Below, one piece after another: positions 55,231 to 64,000 of a DNA stretch of 64,000 nucleotides (position 1 is its first letter; each line of letters begins with the position of its first letter). The stretch comes from Octopus vulgaris (taxonomy: Eukaryota). The notes below the pieces were generated by a model. It worked only from the letters and a program-made list of their open reading frames with translations. It ran no database searches and had not been told where the DNA came from. The stretch lies in NCBI GenBank assembly GCA_951406725.2, contig OX597829.1:15500001-15564000 (forward strand), written 5' to 3'. The position numbers were made by a program, and so were the translations under genes.

Positions 55231-56540
55231 GACAGACACATACAGACATACATACGTACAGAGAGGCAGGCTGACAGGCAGACGCACAAGCAGACAGACG
55301 GGCAGACAGACTGGCCGGCTGACGCACAGACAGACAGGCGGTGTGTTTGATGAATCACAAACATCACTGACATTAAACGTTATTAACAGAACTGATAGCA
55401 TCTCATTAAAAATATGTAATTAATTCTAAGTGTACATCAATTACAAAATATGTCCACACCACGTCAGCGAACAGAAGGAAGATAGATAAACTATAATCAA
55501 AGTCACAATTCGCAATACTTTAGAATCGGAAGCAATTTGCCTTTTAAACCTTAAAGTTATCGGCCGTGTATAACTTATAACTCAATATAAATGTTTCTTT
55601 CATTTGCATTCCATGCACATCCGTAGACAACACGCACAAACATATTCAATAAATTATACATTATCTTATTTTATTTGATTGTTGATCCAGGGCAAAACCG
55701 GCTGTGATTATATTACATGATGGACCTCCGAGAGCAGAAGGGTCGGAGAATCTAGTAAAGTTAGAGCATTTAATATTAGGTTTCTCATGTTGGAGATTAC
55801 TAATTGAAGAAAATGTGCAGCAGACTGATGTAATTTTAGGGATGAAACATATAGTAATTGCTTTAGAGTGAAAGCGAAATGGAGAGAAGAAAATCAAAAG
55901 AGAGAGAATATGGAAACAGATGGAAGTAAATAGACGACGTAGCTTGACTTTAAGCCAAGATGTAATGTTTGTTAGCGAAGTAGAATTTATCAAATAAGCT
56001 AATGCTCTAGATGTGATCTAGATATTAAAAGAGTGCTTAGAGGTAAACTGTAATTGGGCGTTGTAGAGGATCAATAATTCTTTAGGCAAGTTAGCAGAAA
56101 CGGCAAAGCGTCGTACTATGCTACTTATTGTATTTATAATCATTTGGTGATCGAAGAAAACGTGATCTAGATAATACTTACTTCTCTATAAGGTTAGCAG
56201 CTGCATAAAACATAAAGTTACAGGCATACTGCTATAGCTCTCATATATATATATATATATATATACATATATTTGTGTGTATGTATGTATAGGAACACAT
56301 TCTTTCTGCCACCTACAGATATCGGACACTTTCGTTTTGTTCTAATAATGTTAACGTAACTTTTAATGAGTATACACATGTGTACAAACACACAGTCACA
56401 TAGAAACAAACAGTCACCGAAATGGTGTTGTCATCATCAATATTCTCATTAGTCTCGAATGTTATTCTAGATTTTCATGTTTCTATTCACTATAAATTAT
56501 TTCACATACATAAACACGTACATACGTACATGCATACATA

Positions 56541-56718
<178 letters not shown>

Positions 56719-56870
56719 CACACATATATGCATGTATATATAGTGTATATATATAATTAGTTATAACAATTCAATAGAATCTAGGCATATCAACACGTAG
56801 GACACCAGAACATATGTGCGTAAATTATATATATATAAATAGAGAGATTGAGAGGGAGAGAGAGTATATA

Positions 56871-56913
<43 letters not shown>

Positions 56914-57182
56914 TATGTGTATATGTGTGCCCGTATGCATGTAAATGTATCTTTTATCTTTTACTTGTTTCAGTCGTTAGACTACCACCTTGAAAAATTT
57001 TAGTCGGACGAAAACCTGCTACTTATTTTATCGAACTTCATTGGCCGAATCGCTAATGTTACCCGGAAGAGACACAACAACACTGGTTGGCAAGCAGTGG
57101 AGGGAGACAAACACAGACACCAACTACTCACACAGATTCACACACACACATGCGCGCACACATACATATATACATATATGTG

Positions 57183-57228
<46 letters not shown>

Positions 57229-57778
57229 TACACACACATATATATATGTATATATATATATGCATATATATGTGTATATATATATGAGTGTGTGTGTGTG
57301 TGATAGGATTCTTTCAGTTTCCTTCTACTAACAAGGCACTAACAAGGCTTTGGTGGGCCTGAGGCTATAGTAGAAGCCCAAGATGTCAGGCAGTAGGACT
57401 GAATTCGGAAGCATTTGGTTGGGAAGCAAATATTTTACCACACAGCCAGTCCTGCGCCTTACATATACATATATATATATATACACACACATGTATATGG
57501 GGAAAACACTTCACTAAAAGATGGAGACCTAATCTCGAAAGAGGACTCAGTACAAGCTATAGAGATATCCTCTGAACTGTAAGGATGATAGTAATATTTT
57601 CCCAAATTACCGTTTGAGCAAATAATTTCTGCATTCGGTAACGGGAGCGATCAGGAGGAATAGTTACTACAACCGAAGATTGCTATACTTCATACTAAGA
57701 CAAGTGTCTGAAGTAAACTCTCTTTGTATATGTCCGTGCGCATACGTGTGTGTGTGCACATGCGCGCGCGTGTGTGTA

Positions 57779-57857
<79 letters not shown>

Positions 57858-57999
57858 GTGCATGTGTGTGTGTCTGTTTATGTTTAAGTGTGACCTCGTC
57901 TGTATATAGGCATGTGTGTATGTACACATATACGTGTTTGCATTTATTTTTTAATTATGTTTTAGAGGTAACGACATTGCCCATCTCCACTGCATGTCT

Positions 58000-58500
58000 G
58001 CCATCAACGGTGCGTTTTATGCAGAATCATAAGCAGAGTGAAAATTCCAAAGGGTCTGGTGTTTCTGGAAAAAAAGGTCCAGTCTAGCAGTAATTGCTAG
58101 TTCGGGGCCAAAACTTTTGGCAGTACAAAGATTGTCAAGAAGCAAGGAGAGATGGATAAATCAAATGTGCTTGAGTGGTGAGGATACCAGAGCAGCCAGC
58201 TCCGAGGAACACAGACCATTATAGCAGAGACTGAAAAGATAGAAAGGAGATATAGCACGTCTATAAACCAGAGTTTGGATTGGATCTCTTAGTGATCCAG
58301 GCTGTCTGCACCCAGAGCGACAGCACTGCCTCTGATGTCAGAACAGTCCTTTATAGCTTCCAGCCTCATTTGAACTTTGTTCGCTGTCAGCAGTTAGTGG
58401 GCGGGCGGGGGGTGAAATATATTCCAGGCATGAAGAGATGAACTGGTCTTTGGAATGCAGTCCTAGCTACGTTAAAGATATGTTTTGGGCAGGAGAGATC
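58000..58500 (-). mobile_element. Degraded CR1/L2-group RT C-terminal fragment
   Basis: Minus strand SCLEYF.., SLDH.. and CYNGLCSSELAALV. Confidence 0.5.
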
Positions 58501-58617
58501 CTCACTTGTTATTAAGACTCAACATTTGGAGTTTAATGAACATGTAGTATGGTGGTGCGATATTGATATCCTTAATGGCTGGTTGATTTTGTGCGTGTTT
58601 AAAGTTTACATATATAC

Positions 58618-58689
<72 letters not shown>

Positions 58690-58691
<2 letters not shown>

Positions 58692-58845
58692 TTCTTTTTT
58701 CTGTGTCCCTTTCTGTAGAAGAGCGTAGGCTCGAAACGTAAAAGAATTTTTCTATTCCTGAGCGTTATACTAATACATCTGTTTGTTTTGTACACCACCT
58801 GTCTTTGTCTTTTGTTGTTTTTCGTAAACTCTCCCTCCCCCACAT
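58690..58845 (+). mobile_element. Short element in (TA)n with a minimal PLE-type hammerhead variant
   Basis: CTTT-CTGTAGA-A-GAGC gtag GCTC-GAAA-CG-TA^AAAG at 58709-58744. Confidence 0.6.
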
Positions 58846-58916
<71 letters not shown>

Positions 58917-59489
58917 TAGTTTTTATATGTATATACTCATGTCGGGATGTATATATGTAATAAACTGATAAAAAAAATTCTGATCATAACAGGAATCATA
59001 TGTAGTATGCAAGATAGAAAATAGTACCGGTACAGACAGGTGAGATCATAGAAGGTGGGAGAAAAACGTGCTCAAAGTCAATGCAATTTGTGTAATAAGG
59101 AGAGAATGAAACTTGAGACGAAGTAGAGCAGATATAAAAGGTACTTTTAGAGATGACATAGGTCTGTGTGTATTGACGACATATAATGCTGAGAAGCAGA
59201 TGATGTATATATGTATATATGTGCGCAAATGGGCGTATATGTGTTTCTGTTAGTGTGTTTACTCTCCACGTCTTGTGCCTCTTTGACGCCCTCACTTCAT
59301 TTTATCACCCCAATCACACATCTGTCTTTTCACTTATCTCTTTATCACTTATATCTTTCGTTCCTATATCACTCGGGGACTATTACTTGTGTTCATGGTT
59401 CAATGTCTCTGTCATTCATCTTTCTGAATCATTCATGTTTCTGTATCATTCTCATTGTATCAATAATATCTGATCATTCTCTCCTCTTT

Positions 59490-60445
59490 TTAACTCTATT
59501 GTGCCTCGAGGTGAATAGAAACTCCGAGGAGGTTACGAGCAAAGAGGAGGAGCTTCCACCAAGTGATGAACTAAAAGAAAACTTCTTTTGAAAAGTCGAA
59601 CAGATGTAGCTGTTTAATGGTGATATAGAGCAAAAAACATTCTCTGAGAAAAATCTAAGCGTGGATGAAAATTAACTGGCAAGTCTATTTCAGAAGCCTT
59701 TCGGCCTAGGAACCATAGAGAGCTGCTAGAAAAACCTAACTTAATGCTATTTAGAGGTAGTGTCGGTTCGGCACAAACTCTACCCCCACGGAAGTACTGT
59801 TGCTATGCACGTACTCGTTCCGTGTACTAGCATTACTGATCAATGGCTATTTGTTCATCAGTTGTTATTTGGTGAAAGACAGATCCCATTGTCAGCAATG
59901 TTCATTAAGAAAGCCCACCTGCTCTCCTTTGGTCGGGAAGTGTCGACAATTTTCCTGTCCAGTGCTTATGGTGACATAGATAGTGTGGCAAACGAGACCA
60001 AAAGGACTGAGGACAGGCACTTTATTACCCAAGCCAAGTCATCAACATTTGCAAGCCTTACTTGAAATGGAAAGTGAGGGGAGGGGTGAAGAGATATGTA
60101 CAACCATCAGTAAATTTTTTGAGGGTGGGTAAGAGTAACAAAGTTGGCACGCGCGAATGGGCCTTCACTGACCACGTGGGTAAAAATAGAAAGCCGACAA
60201 GTGAAGGAGATATCCGCCGTTATGACCAAGGTGGTTTACCTTTCGTTGGGATTTCTTTGAATAGCCCTCGATAACGCCCAGTCCAGTCCCTACTGGAGGA
60301 TTTTGTCTTTTGTTATACTAAATTTTTGTTCTTGCAAATTCCATTGTACACATAAACCTCACCCAACAGGTTTGTACTTTGTGCTATTGTATTCTCCTTG
60401 TACAATTCTGTATTCTTCGAGCACTTGTTGCTAATAAAGAAATCA
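59490..60445 (+). mobile_element. Degraded Tx1/L1-like LINE 3' end
   Basis: VRHKLYPHGS..TVAMHVLVPCTSITDQWLFVHQLL (decayed zinc-knuckle region), LKWKVR, and a T-rich 3' UTR with AATAAA at about 60433. Confidence 0.6.
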
Positions 60446-60676
60446 TTTTCATCACCATCACCACCATCATCATCATCATCATCACCATCGTCATCATCAT
60501 CATTATCATCATCATTATCACAATTATCATTGTTATTATTATCAACATCAAATATATCATCATTATCATCATCTTTATTATTTTTATTATCATCATTATT
60601 ATTATTATTATTGTTATTATTATTATTATTATTGTTATTACTATTATTATCATTATTATTATTGTTATTATTATTG

Positions 60677-60711
<35 letters not shown>

Positions 60712-60967
60712 TTATTGTTGTTGTTGTTGCTCTTATTATTGTTATTATGGAGTAAACTGAAAACACGCAATGAAAATCAAGTGTGCGAGCAGTCTATGTT
60801 TTGGTTTTGTGTTTAATATGATATTGAAAAAGCATCCATCTAATTTGAAAAATAATAGGAATTTATAAAATAAAACTTCAAGACACGAATATATGTAAAT
60901 ACTAAATGTATACGTATGTATACATGCATAAATTCATACGTACATAAATACATATTTACATGGATAC

Positions 60968-61037
<70 letters not shown>

Positions 61038-61053
61038 GGAGATAGAGGGAAAC

Positions 61054-61116
<63 letters not shown>

Positions 61117-61216
61117 TTCACACGAAATAGTTGCATGGTCGCCACATAATATCTAATTAATTTTTTTCCTTTTTGTGTGTGTCAATATACATATTGTATG
61201 ATTTTCTGGTAATATA

Positions 61217-61261
<45 letters not shown>

Positions 61262-63089
61262 CATACAAACAAACGAACATACATGCATATATATCTATAC
61301 TTATTTATATGCTCTATATGTGTGTCCGTGTGTGTGTGTGTGTGTGTGAGTGAGAGAGAAAGAGAATGTTTGCACTTGTATATATGTATGAATGTATATA
61401 TATAAATATATATATATATATCTGTGTGTGTGATTGTGTGTATGTATATATATATATATATTAAACACATTCATTATCACACGCACACAAACACACAAAC
61501 ATACACGCATATATGTATACTTACACACCTAACATGTGCACACTATCTAATAGAGCTATTTTCTGATAGTCTATACTCACACACACTTACATACGCGTGT
61601 ATATATATATATATATATATATACGTACACAAGTTCTGGAATATTCAACGTAATGTGTCTACATGCCGAGTTGATGCAGCTTTCTTTATGTTGTTTATAT
61701 AATATAATCCAGAAGTTCTTTTTTTTTTATTATTTTAAATATCATTGACAGGATTTTTTTTTTGATTTTTTTAATCATTCCCAACATACACAGCATTTGC
61801 TTCTGTTTTTCAATGTCCGTGTTCCTGCTTATGTGTATTTCCAGATCATTCTATTTGGATAACTTCTCCATATGTTTTAGAAACACATCATTGTTTGTGA
61901 GGTTTGGTATTTCTTGGTGGTCTTTAACTATACTTCCGGTCTGCCCCTCAGTTCCTCTGTTTATATCCCAGAGTTGGAATTTGCTTCTTTATCATTCTCT
62001 CAAACATTTTTCTGTGAACGTTATGTTTTTAAAACAGCTGCATTAATACTTCTTCTACTGCCCCATCAGTTTACCTTTATGTTCCTGAGGTTTATGCACC
62101 ATTTAACTCATCAACTATATAATCGAGTTTTTATGCAATATCTGTGTTGGCTTTATTTTGGCTTTTCTTTTGTACTTTTCAGTTGTTATTTTAGCGCTCT
62201 GTATGTGTGTGTGTGCGTGTGTAGTGGGGTGGATGTGTTTGAGTGTAAGTGCGTCTGTGTGTGTGTGTGTGTGTGGAAGTGTGTATGTATGTGTGTGAGT
62301 ATGGTATGTATGCGTGTGTGTTTGGTGTGCGCGGGTGTGTGTTTCTGTTGAGTGAGTTGACTACATACGTTGCGCTATTTGGTTAGTTCGTTATATGGTC
62401 GGTCGGTCGGGGTGTTTTGGGGTCGGCTCGGGTGTCGATCGTATCGAGATTAAGTGTGACTTCTATGGTGGTGTATACTATACTGGACGGCAATTCTGTT
62501 GAAGGTGAGCTCTAATCATTGTTGGTATAATCTTACAACAATTCTGCTTGTTTCTCCTGTATTTAGCCCGTACGTAACGCTTTCACGTGATTGGGTGGAG
62601 ATGAATATCTATGGAGAGAAAAGTGAAGGGGAGCAAGGGGAGCAAGAGAAGGAAGGGGGAGAGGTAGTGGCAACTGTAATGTTTTATTTTTACTACGATT
62701 TTTCCCTCGTTACAAAGCCTGTCTGTAACGCTTTCACGTGATTAGCTGAAAGGAAAGGCGAAGAGCGAGAGCAAAAGGAGAGAGAAAAAGAGGGAAAGGC
62801 GAAGAGTAAAAGAAAAAGAGGGTGAGTGCTGTGTTTTAAGTCGATAAAATTGAGCTTAAAATATATAAGGTGTATACATGAAGTGCGTTAAGTAATCACT
62901 GTATTCCAATTTCTTTCACTTTTCAATGAGTAGCAGATGAGCGACTGTCTTTTCATACAAACACAACACAGACTACGCTTTCAGGTTTTTTGGCCAAAGT
63001 TTTCAGAAATAACCCAAAAGGCTTACCAGTAATTCCGTGAAATATTCACGGGTCCCCCTACTGTGAAATATTGCAGTTAGTGTTTATCG

Positions 63090-63412
63090 TGGAAGGTTCA
63101 TGGCTATGTGGTTAGTGTATTCAGCTCACAATTGTAAGTTCGCGAGTTCGATTCCTGATGCTAGTTGTGTCCTTGAGCAACACACTTTATTTCATGTTTC
63201 AATCCAACCAGCTGGGCAAAAGTGAATTGTACCTGTATTTGAAAAGGGGCCAACATTGTCAAACTCTGTGTCATGCTGTATCTTCCTGCGAATTACATTA
63301 AGGGTACGTATGTCTCTGGAGTGCTCGGTCACTTGCACGTTAATTTCACGAGCAGGTTATACCGCTGATCGGTTCAACTGCAACATTCGTCGTAGTAACC
63401 GACGAAGTGCCA
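63090..63412 (+). mobile_element. tRNA-derived SINE, family D (diverged)
   Basis: A box TGGCTATGTGG, B box GAGTTCGATTCC, CORE-like GTGTCCTTGAGCAA and 3' hairpin TCGTCG..CGACGA. Confidence 0.7.
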
Positions 63413-64000
63413 TAGTGCTATCGTATGGCAGGCTTGTGCTGCGTTATATTATTACTGGATATATATAATGATGAATATAATGGTGATCGTGTAGAGTATG
63501 TGCTGTGGTATTTTATTAAATGGTGATTGATTAAAGTATGTATAGCAATAGTGTTGGTCGTATGAGATATTGCTATGTGAAATGGTGTAATGTGTTATTG
63601 GATTGGAAATGTCTTGCGGCTCTCTTTTCACTGTAAATACAGTTATTTAGTTCTGGCACGGTGAGATTACTTTCTTTTCATGTTCTTCTTTTGCTCCAGT
63701 TTTTATTGATACTGTTTTCACTTTCATAATGCGCATCCCGCTTATTTCTTGTCAACCCCCGTATACACGCACATCTTTTGACATAAATGAAATTAATCTC
63801 CCTCTCTCTCACACCAACACACTGTGTAAACGAACACGCAGGCACACACTCTCACACACATTTATATATATATATATATATATATACATATATATAAATA
63901 TATATATATATTTGCATATATACGTAAAATCATTTCATCGGTGTCTTCTCCAACTAGATACAACTATAAATATTAATAACATGTAACATATTGTGTTCTT

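Noticed and set aside
57500-57560. CTAAAAGA-TG-GAGA cctaa TCTC-GAAA hammerhead-like string
   Set aside because: Core altered and no consistent stem I.

Overview
AT-rich, microsatellite-saturated eukaryotic DNA. The SINE and LINE content is most consistent with an octopod cephalopod (inference). No intact host protein-coding gene is evident, and most ORFs in the track are translations of simple repeats. Mobile-element content: three R4/Dong-like restriction-like-endonuclease (RLE) LINEs (two in (TAA)n tracts, one with a 5' inversion) plus older fragments; one apparently full-length but frameshifted 4.8-kb CR1-group LINE in (TA)n, whose ORF1 appears to combine a Myb/SANT(trihelix)-like domain with CCCH zinc fingers; Tx1/L1-like and Penelope-like (PLE) remnants; a Tc1/mariner deletion derivative; a long-TIR DNA element with an 8-bp TSD; and several SINE families. 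The most striking signal is a set of short non-coding elements in (TA)n tracts (densest at 17.4-20.7 kb). They carry type I hammerhead ribozyme motifs, including one fully canonical motif at 18933-18994 on the minus strand, and/or a fold-back architecture of an inverted repeat plus a one-sided tail. They look like non-autonomous PLE/retrozyme-like elements. A GC/CpG-rich patch with a CRE palindrome at about 32.7-33.4 kb may be a host promoter or first exon. All alignments and folds were done by eye.
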